A DNA stretch of 64,000 nt from an uncultured Nitrososphaerales archaeon. Its GTDB lineage: Archaea; Thermoproteota; Nitrososphaeria; Nitrososphaerales; Nitrososphaeraceae. The notes beneath the pieces are model-generated. The model had not been told where the DNA came from. It saw only the letters and a list, made by a program, of their open reading frames with translations, and searched no databases. Position numbers and translations under genes: made by a program. Shown here in pieces: positions 47,084 through 58,280 of the stretch. The stretch spans positions 192,001 to 256,000 of the forward strand of contig CAVQMO010000010.1 in the NCBI GenBank assembly GCA_963713605.1. Reading direction: 5' to 3'. Every line of letters starts with the position of its first letter. The first letter of the stretch is position 1.

Positions 47084-47630
47084 CGACTTTAACCGTTACC
47101 GGCTCTATATCAAACTGATTCTGAATTCTTTCCCTTGTATGTAAAGATACGATTATCTGATTGGCTGTAGACCTATTTTGTAATCTGCGGGCTAGATTTA
47201 CACTACTTCCTATTGCTGTAAATTCTTCTCTTTCTTTAGTGGGTATACTCCCGACAATAGAATATCCTATGTTCATGACACACTTAAAGACCGATAGAGA
47301 GATTGTCGTCTTTACCTTTATTTCTCCATATGTCAAGCCATACTATTCTGATCCTCTCAATGGATTCTTTCAATTCTAATGCAGCATTAAGTGCATTAAT
47401 GGCATATCTACTCGCGTCATCGTCTACACCATGGAAACCAAAGAAAGCCATTATACCATCGCCGATAAATTTATCCAACACACCATCCATGATTGTAAAT
47501 GATTTCAGTTGCTTTTGTATAATATTCTTTCAAGAATTCAACAACTAAGACGGCATGTTCTTTAAGGTTCTCGCATAATACAGAAAATCCGCTGAGGTCC
47601 CAAAAAACAACGGTCAAAATTTTGTATGGA
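47019..47630 (-). pseudogene. Class III adenylate/guanylate cyclase catalytic domain, frameshifted, N-terminus missing
   Basis: LTVVFWDLSGFS, LDKFIGDGIMAFFG, FTAIGSSVNLARRL in three frames. Confidence 0.88.
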
Positions 47631-48042
47631 TCTTTACTAGATCCGGATCTGCAATTTTTAATAGTGTATCTATCCCGAACGCACAGCATCACACACTGAA
47701 GTACTTTCTGAAAGTGAATACTGAGTCTAAGCAATTAGAGAAAAGTTAGACCGGGAAAAAGCTCAAGTTCAAACATAATTCGATTGAAATGCGATAATGA
47801 GACATTCTATTTAATTGGTTCTTGATTTATGCAAAAGCAGAGGATCCATCAGTACCTGCTGAAGTTGTACTGACAGTGTGTATCAGTGTAGAAGAAATGC
47901 TATTGATTACTCATAAATATACGAGCATTACTCTGAATGCAATGTACAAATTTCCTCGTTGTTGCCAGGATCAGAATAACACAGCTACCATTCACAAGAT
48001 CAGCCCAAAATTCTAAACTAATATTAAGCGATCAGTATCACT

Positions 48043-49021
48043 TTATCTTAAATCTCTTAATGCTTTAATGAGATCTATTTTTGAAATGATTCCAATAGGT
48101 CGTTTTTTCGTCTTTTTTTCTTCCAATGGTGGCTCAATAACAGGAAGACCACTTAATCCTTGTCTTACCATTATCTTTGCCGCTTCTGCCAAATCTGTAT
48201 CCTCATAAATTACATGAGGATTAGGTGTGAATATATCTCGTATACGTATGAGTGCAGGCTCAAGAAACCTATCTTGGTTATTTCTCTTAGATGATGAAAA
48301 TATGATCTGAAGGTACTCGTAGACTGACCTCAGAGTTTTTGATCTTATTGCTAGAATTACCCTCGAAATATCTGTTTCTGTGAGGATTCCCAATAAGCCA
48401 TCACTATGATTGTTTGCTGCCAGTGACTACAAGTCGAGAAATATTTTTCTCTGCCATAAGTTCTGCCGCCCTTGACACTTTCTCATTAATTGAAATGGTG
48501 AAGACAGATTTTGACATGTAGTCTTTTACCGATGCTAAGTCCCTACAATTTTCAGAAAAAAATCTAGCAAAGTCGGTTGACGTTATTATCCCCGACAACT
48601 GTATTTTCTTATTTAATGGTAACTCTGATCGTTCCCCATAATCTTCTTCAACAACTATCAGTGAGCTTATAGTGCTACCATGGTCATGCAGTATTCCTGC
48701 ACAATCAACTATACTAACATTCTTTTTTGTCGTGGTCATGCTTTTCGTCATTGCTTCGTCAACTGGTATTTCATGAAGCTCTCTATCAGTTTGATCTGAG
48801 ATTAGAAATTTAATAATATCCTTTATCGTTACTATACCGACGGGATACCTTTTATTCCTATTATCAACAATAACAATTTTCTTAATTCTATACCTTGACA
48901 TCAGATTTTGTGCTATTAGTAAATTATCTTGAGGCACTGCTGTAATAACAGCCTTAGTCATTAAATCCTTGGCTTTGAAATCTTCGATATACTTCTTAAA
49001 TAACCTATTGAGCATATCCAT
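48043..49021 (-). CDS. Multi-CBS-domain protein (one frameshift)
   Basis: Repeated CBS motifs (AKDLMT, VGIVTIKDI, GIITSTD, GILTETD, GIISKID). Confidence 0.88.
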
Positions 49022-49130
49022 AATGCAACGTACTTCTAACTATTATTAGAGTTTCATTGCACATGGCTTAACTCATTGGTTTCTATCTTGATGATCTGTT
49101 TTCTAAAAGTTTCAATGTTTCAAAAAAATT

Positions 49131-49820
49131 CTATTCTATCTTTACTTCTTTACCTTTAGGTTTTGCCTGTTCCTTTCTCTTGAAAGCTATTTCAAGTACC
49201 CCATTTTTATACGTGGATCTGACTGTTTCAGTATCCGCCTCAGGTGGTATATCAATGACACGATGATATTTCCTTTGTGGATCCTCACTCTTAACTTCAA
49301 CTGAATGATCGTAAGCATTTATCTTGATATTTTCTTTAGCCACACCTGGCATTTCTATTATTACCTTGATTTCTTTATCATTTGTAGTAACATCTGCTAA
49401 TGGTTCTCTTTCGCCTGAAATGATAGGTTTGGCTGATGAGGATGTCCCCCCTAATCGATAAGATGGTCTCAAATTACCAAACTCCCTTACCTTGGGTTTG
49501 CCGTCTGGACCTATCGTCATTGAATATCCATAAACAAGTGGACCCACTTCTCTCACCTTCGCTCCATCAGGAGTTTGATACTCTTTTATAAGATCCTTCG
49601 GTGCTGTCGACTCTATTTCCTTTAATTGGTCCTCAAAAGTTCTCTCCATTTCTCTTCGCATTTCATCAAATTGCCTTGGCATGTCACCGAACCATCCTCC
49701 TCTTCCCAAAGCGGGTAATCCCGTCCTCCCTGTTCCACCAAAGAAGTTCCTAAACCAGTCCTCAATATCTCTATCCCAGAAGCTCAATTCAAAATCCCTC
49801 TGAGTACATCTCGTTATCAA
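49131..49820 (-). CDS. hsp20: Archaeal small heat-shock protein Hsp20 (likely start TTG at 49787)
   Basis: GPLVYGYSMTIGPDGKPKVREFGN, EMPGV.KENI, STYKNGVLEI. Confidence 0.95.
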   Translation of the reverse strand: MITRCTQRDFELSFWDRDIEDWFRNFFGGTGRTGLPALGRGGWFGDMPRQFDEMRREMERTFEDQLKEIESTAPKDLIKEYQTPDGAKVREVGPLVYGYSMTIGPDGKPKVREFGNLRPSYRLGGTSSSAKPIISGEREPLADVTTNDKEIKVIIEMPGVAKENIKINAYDHSVEVKSEDPQRKYHRVIDIPPEADTETVRSTYKNGVLEIAFKRKEQAKPKGKEVKIE

Positions 49821-50143
49821 ACTATTTAAGGATTCATTTGCTGTTTGGAAATTATGTTACTACTTCAAGATATGCAGCCATGTCCATGATGTCTCTATTT
49901 TGCCGAAAATGTATTCTGTTGTATAATAACACCTAGGTTAAATGGCCGTACCAGAAACATTTTGGATACTTTACAAGGTGCGATGGAAAACAAACCGTCT
50001 CCAAAGTTAGGATTCCATGGAATTAACAATATTTTTTTGATCCTTCTTCAATTTTACCTGTCATACTAGATGCAAAAGTATTTTGTCTTTTACATGTTGC
50101 ATTCAAAGGAATACAGATATCCTCTTGACATGATATCTAATGG

Positions 50144-51043
50144 TCAGTTGGAAAAACGTAATGTACTGTTATCAGACATTATTTTAGCTAATTTCTTCTT
50201 CTTTTTTAATGCTAAGTCAATTTGGCTATGCAAAGTATTCTTTTCTTCCATCAAGGATTCATGCACTAGCCAATTGTCTTCATTTTCATCAATAATTTCC
50301 CCTATTCTGTTCATTGCAATTCTTAGAATCAATATCGACTTGGCTAACGATCTTTCTATTCTTCTTATTTCCTCATATCTGTCATTGTGCTCATATTTCG
50401 TATTCAAGGTATCAAGCTCTGATTGCCTTTTTAATTTATTTACTAGAAACCGGGTATCTTTTGAGCTCAATTTTTTCTTCACGATCATTTTTGCAACTTT
50501 TGATTGTAGAGAATAGTTTTTGATTGGAAGTAACTCCTGTGCAGAACTGGCATTTAGCTCTTGACTGGTGATAAAAGCAAGAACATCCCGTGGTAACTCA
50601 AGAAGCATCATATGCTTAACAATATAACTATGGCTTCTTCCAATTTTCGATGCTAGTTCGGATATCCCTCCCCAGCCGATATCCAGTACATATTTTTTAA
50701 ACGCTCTTGCCTCTTCCAATGGCTCAAGGGAGGATCTCTGTATATTTTCTACAAGCGAAATTTCAAAGGCCTCTTTTTCAGTTACTTCAACTATAACGCA
50801 TCTTATTTTTTTCCATCCCAATGTCTTGCATGCAGTATACCTTCTACAGCCTGAGACAATCTCAAAATTCCCTCCTCTATTCATCCTGATCACAACTGGT
50901 TGTAACAGTCCTATCTTCCTTATTGAATCAACGAGCTCCGGAATAGTATGAAAATAGTCTTGTCTCAGCTGATTTACGAGCTGAATTTTACTAATATCTA
51001 TGTCTTCAATAAGAGACAATAGGTGTACGTCTGAACGAATCAA
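50144..51043 (-). CDS. ParB/Spo0J/Srx-family protein with HTH
   Basis: LVDSIRKIGLLQPVVIR, FEIVSGCRRYTAC, SLVENIQRSSLEPLEEARAF, ELASKIGRSHSYI. Confidence 0.92.
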   Translation of the reverse strand: MIRSDVHLLSLIEDIDISKIQLVNQLRQDYFHTIPELVDSIRKIGLLQPVVIRMNRGGNFEIVSGCRRYTACKTLGWKKIRCVIVEVTEKEAFEISLVENIQRSSLEPLEEARAFKKYVLDIGWGGISELASKIGRSHSYIVKHMMLLELPRDVLAFITSQELNASSAQELLPIKNYSLQSKVAKMIVKKKLSSKDTRFLVNKLKRQSELDTLNTKYEHNDRYEEIRRIERSLAKSILILRIAMNRIGEIIDENEDNWLVHESLMEEKNTLHSQIDLALKKKKKLAKIMSDNSTLRFSN

Positions 51044-51364
51044 TAGCGCATTATTCTGTGTAGGACATGCGACTATTTATACATCGTGTATTTTTACCCA
51101 TATCACTTGAAGCCATAAGTTAATTACGTACAACAGAATGGTTTTCGTATCCTAAAATGAACACACCAATTTCCTTGATATGTTTAGCAAATCTATTTAC
51201 CACAAGAGACAAAACCTTCCCCCCAAAGATTTTACATGATGGGTATTTTGCTCGAAAATCGTCCAACATTCTCTTTTTTACTCACTCTAAAATGTTCGGC
51301 GTCGAACATTTCAGTATTTTGCAATGACTAACTTAATGTGATTTTCTATTGAACAGTACGTTAG

Positions 51365-51916
51365 CTATTTTTGGAGACTCATTAAATAGGTGTGTAACAC
51401 CTTTAAAAGTGTCTCCAAATCCCAGGAATAATTGTAGCGTAGTCCATTAATGTAAAATGTTGGCGTACCATTTACCCCACTGCGCACGCCGGATAGAAAA
51501 TCTTCACGGATTCGAGGGGAGTGAACATGATTAGATAAATCATATACAAACTGATTCAAATCTAATCCAAGCATGGTTGCATACTGCACCAGATGCTCTA
51601 CTCCCAGTGCTTGCTGATGTTCAAATAGGCAATCATGCATATCCCAAAACTTGTTTTGTGCACCTGCAGATTCGGCTGCCTCAGCAGCGTTCTGAGCGTT
51701 GGGATGAATTTGAGTGAGTGGAAAATTCCGAAATACAAAACGCAAGTTATCACCCAGCCTTTCTTGAACCTGTTTGATTATGTAATATGCTTGACCGCAA
51801 AACGGACACTCATAATCGCCGTATTCCACCATAGTGATAGGAGCTGTATCTGGACCTTGAATGTGATCGCGACCTCTTCTAACAGGCAGGGTTAGGTTAA
51901 CTGTTTCTATCTCCAT
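51365..51916 (-). CDS. DsbA-family thioredoxin-fold oxidoreductase
   Basis: EYGDYECPFC, FRNFPL, GVNGTPTFYING. Confidence 0.93.
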   Translation of the reverse strand: MEIETVNLTLPVRRGRDHIQGPDTAPITMVEYGDYECPFCGQAYYIIKQVQERLGDNLRFVFRNFPLTQIHPNAQNAAEAAESAGAQNKFWDMHDCLFEHQQALGVEHLVQYATMLGLDLNQFVYDLSNHVHSPRIREDFLSGVRSGVNGTPTFYINGLRYNYSWDLETLLKVLHTYLMSLQK

Positions 51917-51935
51917 TTCCTTTTTCGTTCTCCTT

Positions 51936-52469
51936 TTATTGTTCTGTTTTTTTGGGAAGTGATTCTAAGGCCTTTAGAATTCCATCAGCGCCTGGGTTGA
52001 CTCCTATTGGTGAAACATAACTCCAACGTATGATACCATCGCTATCAATGACGAATAATGCTCGTTCAGTGACCCCATCTTGTTTGCGATATACACCATA
52101 ATTGCATGCGACATTGCCTTTTGGCTCAAAGTCGGAAAGCAACGGAAAATGTAGTTTTCTATCCTTAGAAAAGGCAAGATGACACCAAACTCCATCGACT
52201 GATATCCCAAGAAGCTCAGCATTATACTGTCTAAATTCAGGAAGAATCTCGTTGTACAATGCCATCTGATCGCTGCAAACAGGCGACCAATCTGCCGGAT
52301 AGAAAGCAAGGATGGTCGGCCGACCACGGAATTCGCGGAGAGTCACAGACTGATCTGGCGTAGTTCGGAGATCAAAATCAGGCGCAGGGTTGCCTGCTTT
52401 AAGAGGTGAACTAGAATACATACTGTAAACAGACTTATGTTCTAGTTGTTGGGATGATGGTTCTGTCAA
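51936..52469 (-). CDS. Peroxiredoxin (AhpC/TSA, AhpE-like)
   Basis: FYPADWSPVC (PxxxSxxC peroxidatic motif), GISVD, LLSDF, RALFVID. Confidence 0.92.
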   Translation of the reverse strand: MTEPSSQQLEHKSVYSMYSSSPLKAGNPAPDFDLRTTPDQSVTLREFRGRPTILAFYPADWSPVCSDQMALYNEILPEFRQYNAELLGISVDGVWCHLAFSKDRKLHFPLLSDFEPKGNVACNYGVYRKQDGVTERALFVIDSDGIIRWSYVSPIGVNPGADGILKALESLPKKTEQ

Positions 52470-52789
52470 AATAGCAAATATGTACTTTTGATAATACTAT
52501 ATATGCATTTTATCATGCTCTCTGAATAAGGATTTAGCATCTTTTGAAGAGTTGTCAGGTTCGTTTGTACTAGGGTAGGGAGTTAGATTTGGGTGATGAA
52601 GCTTATGTGGATTCTAATGTCCCCCTCTGAAGTCCAGACATTATTAAAAGGTTCTCAATCACAATATAGATTAGATTTTATAGCTATGCATCATCAAATA
52701 TGTAATGGTAGAACCAAGCGGAATTCACATTTACATATAGCCACTATGAAAGAGGGATTGGTAAATGTAATTAAATACCCGCTGTTTCA

Positions 52790-53116
52790 GCCCAAGCGGC
52801 GGCACTATATTTGGACTTGCAAATGTCTGCACTGATGGGTATACAATAAACGTCGACATTGCGACTAACTTTGTGCCACCATCTGGGAAGGTGTTTGAAG
52901 CCTGGCTCGTAGACGATGCTACCAAAGGCTCAAGTTACACACTGAGCATGGGTAAGATCTTGGCTTCTCGAACACTGGGATTTCATGAAATAATGACTAA
53001 TGCCAAGACTTACAGATATAGTAGTAACTCTAGAGCCTGCTAATGATCTCAGTCCGTTAGCAGCTTGGTCAGATTCAGTTACTCAAAACTGGTTATTGCC
53101 ACCGTTCGGCCAGTGA
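52790..53116 (+). pseudogene. Anti-sigma-K (RskA) C-terminal-like extracellular domain remnant
   Basis: PPSGKVFEAWLVD...YTLSMG...IVVTLEPAND.SP in two frames. Confidence 0.5.
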
Positions 53117-53281
53117 CCCTTAAATATATTTTTTATATTTATTTTTTTCATACTAGATTTGTTAGTCGCGAATAATCAGAATTCTTTAAAGTGATGTTTT
53201 TAGGCAAAACTTCAGCGTTAACACTTTGTTTTCACGGAGTCTATTGATTTCAGGCATGTGTGACAAATTAGACATGTCCTG

Positions 53282-53376
53282 CTCTGTAGATTGCATATGA
53301 TTTGATATTTTTAAAATAACCTTACCCAAGACCTCATAATATTCACGTTCATATTCGAATGCCTTTATCTCTTCCC
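53282..53376. repeat. 95-bp direct repeat, copy 2
   Basis: Matches 46989-47083 and is followed by a short (CA)n tract. Confidence 0.95.
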
Positions 53377-53516
53377 ACACACACACATGACAATGATATC
53401 AAGAAAATAAAAACTATTTATGTTTAGTATACACTGGTACTAAAATACATTATAATGTATTTGCACATATCTCTCAAACTGATTACTTAATAATTTAGCT
53501 TGTTCTCCTAATTCGG

Positions 53517-54302
53517 ATGATTGTAACATGTTATATCTCATATTATATCTCATGTCTTGTTTTATTTTGCTTTACATTTTCCTTTTTACTTCCCACTCTG
53601 AACGTACATGCGGTCAACGTTATCATAGGTACCTCTAATACCACTATCGGCACTGGTGAAGATGATGTCATAATAGGTTGTTCATTTCTCACCTTTATTC
53701 AGAGCATGCAAGTAGTTCAAGTTCCTAATATGAAGCCCCCCGAACAACTACTACCTGTGACAATCTCCGATTGCAGACAAGGAGATCAACTTATTGGATT
53801 TGAAGGCAATGATGTATTGCAAGGTTCATCTGCAGATGATTCTATTCGGGGCGATGAAGATAATGATCAACTTACAGGTGCGGATGGAAATGATAAGTTA
53901 GTCGGGGGAGATGATGCTGATGTAATACAGGGTGGTTTTGGAGGTGATTTCCTATTTGCAGGATCTGGTAATGACGAACTTTATTCTGGGGCAGGGGATG
54001 ACATCCTATTTGGGGGTAAGGGTGCCGATTACTTTGATTGTGGAGAAGGTTACGATACCATAATAGATTTTGCACCAATAAAAGGGGATACAAATTCTGA
54101 TAACTGTGAGGTGGTATTAACTCATGGATCTAATACAGAAATAATATGCGATGCCGGTTCGGAAACCACACAGTTCCAGTCAAAGATAAAAAGTGAAATG
54201 GGACTTAATAATAGTGTGACAAGTAGCAGCAGCACCGTTGCTGTTCCTAATCCATTGGACATGCTATGCGATGGCGATAGCGATGGCGATGGCGATGGAT
54301 GA
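53517..54302 (+). CDS. Secreted RTX (hemolysin-type Ca-binding) repeat protein
   Basis: Signal peptide, tandem GGxGxDxLx nonapeptides, DYFDCGEGYD and a DG-repeat tail. Confidence 0.9.
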   Translation: MIVTCYISYYISCLVLFCFTFSFLLPTLNVHAVNVIIGTSNTTIGTGEDDVIIGCSFLTFIQSMQVVQVPNMKPPEQLLPVTISDCRQGDQLIGFEGNDVLQGSSADDSIRGDEDNDQLTGADGNDKLVGGDDADVIQGGFGGDFLFAGSGNDELYSGAGDDILFGGKGADYFDCGEGYDTIIDFAPIKGDTNSDNCEVVLTHGSNTEIICDAGSETTQFQSKIKSEMGLNNSVTSSSSTVAVPNPLDMLCDGDSDGDGDG

Positions 54303-54694
54303 CGGCGACGAAATATGATGAAATATTGCAAGATGAGGTCTATTAAGAACTAAACTTAGAATAGAATTCCAACTATTGATCTTTGATATTATATTCTATT
54401 GAATCTAGGAAAAAGATCAAAGGAATCAATGCGATGAATTAATATTGGTTAAGGTCAGTGAAGAACCTATACGCAACTTATGTACTATATTTCGCATAGA
54501 ATACTAAATCATATATCGTTGTTATCCTATATGAGTACGATTCATACAGGCTTCATATATATGAAGAAAACAGCTAGCCAATGTTTCTCATGAATTGCTT
54601 CTTGAAAAAGTGACAGTACGTGTTACATTTATTAGACAAAGACTATCCATCTAAAAATAATGTATCAACCATGCAGTTATAGGAGTCGCAACCA

Positions 54695-55762
54695 ATGAAG
54701 GCGGCTGTTTTTTCTGAGTACAGCAAGGATCCTGCAAAAGTGGTGAAAATTACAGATATCGATCCTCCAAAGTTAAAATCAAATGAAGTAATGATCAAGG
54801 TAGAATCTGCTGCGTTTAATTATAACGATTTATGGGCCGTGTGGGGCGAACCTATTAAGATTCCGTTACCGCATATTTCAGGCACTGATATTGCAGGAAC
54901 TGTGACTGACATTGGCTCAGGCGTTACCACTATTAAAGTTGGAGACAGAGTGGTTTCTCATGCAAATCTATCCTGCAGAACCTGTTATTTATGTACATCA
55001 GGGAGAGAGTATGATTGTAACAGTAGACTTGTATGGGGATTTCAGACAGGTCCGTTGTGGGGCGGCTTCGCTCAATTTACAAAGCTTCCAGAGGTAAATG
55101 TCGTTAAATTGCCAAATGATATCTCATTTAATGATGCTGCGGCCATTGCTATGGTAGGATTGACTTCTTGGCACATGTTAGTAGGTAGAGCAAAAATTGT
55201 ACCTGGACAGACCGTCTTAATCATGGGTGGCACAAGTGGAGTCGGAATGGCAGGAATTCAGATTGCAAAATTATATAATTGTAATGTAATTGCTACTGCT
55301 GGAAATAAGGATAAGATGGACAAATGTTTAGAGATTGGCGCAGACGATGTGGTTAATCACAGAGATGCTGATTGGTATAAGGCTGTACGAAGTCTTACAA
55401 AAGACAAGATGGGTGCCGGTGGCGAAGGAGTAGATGTTATTTTTGAACATATAGGGAAATCTGTTTTTGCCAAAGCAATTTCGCTGTTGAAGATGGGGGG
55501 AACTTTGGTAACTACTGGTGCAACTACAGGATATAATTCGAATATAGATTTACGATATCTTTTCTTTAGAGGTTTAAACTTAATTGGTTCCACTCAAGGA
55601 ACTAAAGCAGAACTTGAAGATGTAATCTATTGGACTAACAATGGCAGAATACGACCCTTAATTGATGTAATTCTTCCATTTGGCCGAATTACAGACGGCT
55701 ATGCAAAAATGGCAAGTGGTGATCATTTTGGAAAGATTCTAGTAACACCACAATTAATTTGA
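54695..55762 (+). CDS. Zinc-binding MDR alcohol dehydrogenase/quinone reductase-like
   Basis: PHISGTD, structural Zn CRTCYLC..G..YDC, GGTSGVG, FGKIL. Confidence 0.92.
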   Translation: MKAAVFSEYSKDPAKVVKITDIDPPKLKSNEVMIKVESAAFNYNDLWAVWGEPIKIPLPHISGTDIAGTVTDIGSGVTTIKVGDRVVSHANLSCRTCYLCTSGREYDCNSRLVWGFQTGPLWGGFAQFTKLPEVNVVKLPNDISFNDAAAIAMVGLTSWHMLVGRAKIVPGQTVLIMGGTSGVGMAGIQIAKLYNCNVIATAGNKDKMDKCLEIGADDVVNHRDADWYKAVRSLTKDKMGAGGEGVDVIFEHIGKSVFAKAISLLKMGGTLVTTGATTGYNSNIDLRYLFFRGLNLIGSTQGTKAELEDVIYWTNNGRIRPLIDVILPFGRITDGYAKMASGDHFGKILVTPQLI

Positions 55763-56075
55763 ATTGATTCAGCCACTCATTACTGAAGTGGTCGATTTGA
55801 CTAAGTTTGGTTTATGGTAAGGGCTTGAACTGATTTCCATTCGGATCACGCCGGTGCTTTCTTGAAGAATAAACTAAGATGGAATCCGTCAATTTAAGTA
55901 GATGTCCTCATATTCGTCTCCATAGTCATTGCCTTGGTTAATCCATCTTCTGGGATAGTTCATGAACAGAAGCGATGTTTTAGCGCTAACAATAGTACAT
56001 CCCACGCAGAGAGATAATATTTGCAGATAACTATTATACACTATATTTTACAATGAGTGATGGAGATTATTATAG

Positions 56076-57074
56076 ATGACAAGGATTAGTATTCAGGCTG
56101 CTCATGAGCAAGTGAATCCAAAAGATCTGCTAAGTGATGTTATAACCATGGACGAGAAAGGGATTCAAAGATGTTGGACAAGCGATCATTATATGCCTTG
56201 GTGGGATAGCGGGGCCTCTGGAGGGGCTGCATGGCCGTGGCTTGGGGCTGCATTAGCTAGGACTAGTAGTATAGTAATAGGTACTGGCGTGACGGCTCCT
56301 ATACTTCGGTATCATCCAGCCATCGTTGCACAAGTATTTGCTACGCTTGAATATATGTTCCCAAACAGGGTATTTCTTGGAATTGGAAGGGGGGAAGCTC
56401 TTAACGAAGTTACTTCAGGGCACTCTTGGCCTTCCAATGCCGAAAAGTTTGAGAGGCTAAAAGAAGCAATATACCTAATTAGAAAACTGTGGACTGGAGA
56501 TTGGGTTGATTTCAGGGGAAATTATTATTGGGTAAGAGATTCTAAATTGTATACCAAACCTTCGAATCATATCCCTCTTTACCTTGCAGGCATTGGTAAA
56601 CAAAGTGCTCGGCTGGCTGGCGAAGAGGCAGACGGGTTTGTTACTAATGAACTGGATGTGGAAGTAATAAGAGATAAGTTGTTTCCCGCCTTAAAGAAAG
56701 GTGCCATACTTTCAGGTAAGGATTATAGTTCATTCGAAAAGATACTGTTTTTACCAGCTTCATATCACGTAGACAAACAGAAAGCATTGGAATCAATTAG
56801 ATTCTGGCGTGGCGCTATGATAAAGGCATTTTTTGATGTAGACGTTCATGATCCTAGAAAAATTCAAGAGAATGGTCAGATCATTGGTGATGATACACTA
56901 GAGAAGATGTTCCTAGTGATATCAACTGCGGATGAAGGGATAAAAAAGCTCAAGAAGTATATAGAGTTGGGATTTACAGAGATCGTCTTAACAAATTCAA
57001 GTCCAGATAGGAATGAACTAGTTAAGCTAATCTCAGAGAAGATATCTCCACATCTCAACACTGTTGTTGATTAG
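56076..57074 (+). CDS. F420-dependent LLM oxidoreductase (G6PDH-like family)
   Basis: AAHEQ, SDHYMPW, GTGVTAPILRYHPAIVAQ, GRGEALNE. Confidence 0.9.
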   Translation: MTRISIQAAHEQVNPKDLLSDVITMDEKGIQRCWTSDHYMPWWDSGASGGAAWPWLGAALARTSSIVIGTGVTAPILRYHPAIVAQVFATLEYMFPNRVFLGIGRGEALNEVTSGHSWPSNAEKFERLKEAIYLIRKLWTGDWVDFRGNYYWVRDSKLYTKPSNHIPLYLAGIGKQSARLAGEEADGFVTNELDVEVIRDKLFPALKKGAILSGKDYSSFEKILFLPASYHVDKQKALESIRFWRGAMIKAFFDVDVHDPRKIQENGQIIGDDTLEKMFLVISTADEGIKKLKKYIELGFTEIVLTNSSPDRNELVKLISEKISPHLNTVVD

Positions 57075-57099
57075 GTTGGCGATGCGATACCCAGGGACA

Positions 57100-57385
57100 A
57101 TAGCGACATCGGCCAGTCCTCAGGAGGAGCAGCAACCCTTGAATCATCTGACAACTTATTAGCAATTCCATCTACAGCCTGGAGAACGGCAAAGGCACTA
57201 GCTACCATTATAGCAAGTGCAAGACCAATCCACGCTAGGATAGAAACCGTGCTTGATTCTGATTGTACAAGCAAACGTTAGAGAGCTACAAATCCTCCAG
57301 CAAAAACCATTACTACACCTACAAATTGGCCAATATGAACGGCTATCCATGAATCATCACTGGCATGTTGTAAATACAATAAGAA
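57100..57385 (-). pseudogene. Membrane protein internal fragment (DUF4386-like)
   Basis: WIAVHIGQFVG...GFVAL*RLL...AVLQAVDGIA with an in-frame stop and both ends missing. Confidence 0.55.
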
Positions 57386-57390
57386 AGTTA

Positions 57391-57870
57391 GGGACCACCC
57401 GGACCAGCAGGAGGACCACCCGGACCCCAGGGACCACCAGGACGAGCAGGTGCAACGGGTGCCACGGGTGCAACGGGTGCCACAGGTGCAACGGGACCAG
57501 CAGGACCACAGGGTGTACCAAGCGATACAGGTGAACAAGGACCAGCAGGACCTAGAGGACTTAGAGGACCCGTAGGGCCTCAGGGTGTACCAGTTTACCA
57601 GGTGAACAAGGACCGGCAGGACCTAGAGGATCACAAGGGGTGCCAGGTGCAAGTTGTGCTGGTTCTGTAAGGACACATGATAATTCCGCCGAATGGGCCG
57701 GAACAACCAAAAATGGGGGTCACTTCACTGTTCAAGTATTCCCAATAACAGGTAATGATGAGTTCCCAGGAAGACCAGGAAGTCCCAATCAGGGAGACAG
57801 AAACTCAATGACGGGGCTAGATGTATGTATCCCTGATATCCCCAACTCGATACCTCGACCGGGACCATAG
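57391..57870 (+). pseudogene. Collagen-like (Gly-X-Y) protein fragment
   Basis: GPPGPA, GPQGPPG, (GAT)x5, GPAGPQG and [10 protein letters not shown] x2, then a C-terminal domain. No N-terminus, and indels are present. Confidence 0.8.
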
Positions 57871-58094
57871 ACTACCTCAAATCAGTTACAACAACCCTCT
57901 TCATTTTTTTGATATAAATGAAAATGATGTCTAGTTTCCCTGCTTAGCTATAATTTCAAGTCGATAAGCAAGTCTCTTTCTAAGACCTGATAAACATACG
58001 TCTGATTATCAGAGGTCTTCAGAGTCAGTCTACTGGTGGTTGATTAACTACCACATCCTCCTTCTTTTATTAAAATACAAGCAGTCTGTCACTT

Positions 58095-58280
58095 AGTTAT
58101 TCCAAACTGCATAGGTATGCCAACGCATCCATGACGCAAGAAGCAGAGAAAATACTATTCAGATTCATAAGTGAAGAAGTAGAGAGATCTGAACGCGGAG
58201 AAATAACCCCAAATACTATTCGAAATCCAATAAAGGCCTTTAAGTTGCTGCTTGAAATGAACGACGTTATTTCTATCAGC
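58095..58280 (+). pseudogene. Tyrosine integrase N-terminal (core-binding) fragment
   Basis: AEKILFRFISEEVERSERGEITPNTIRNPIKAFKLLLEMNDV resembles the N-domain of Nitrososphaera-type integrases. Confidence 0.65.

Noticed and set aside
53186..53386. ORF MCVWEEIKAFEY...
   Set aside because: It is a by-product of the duplicated cyclase 3' end next to a (CA)n tract.
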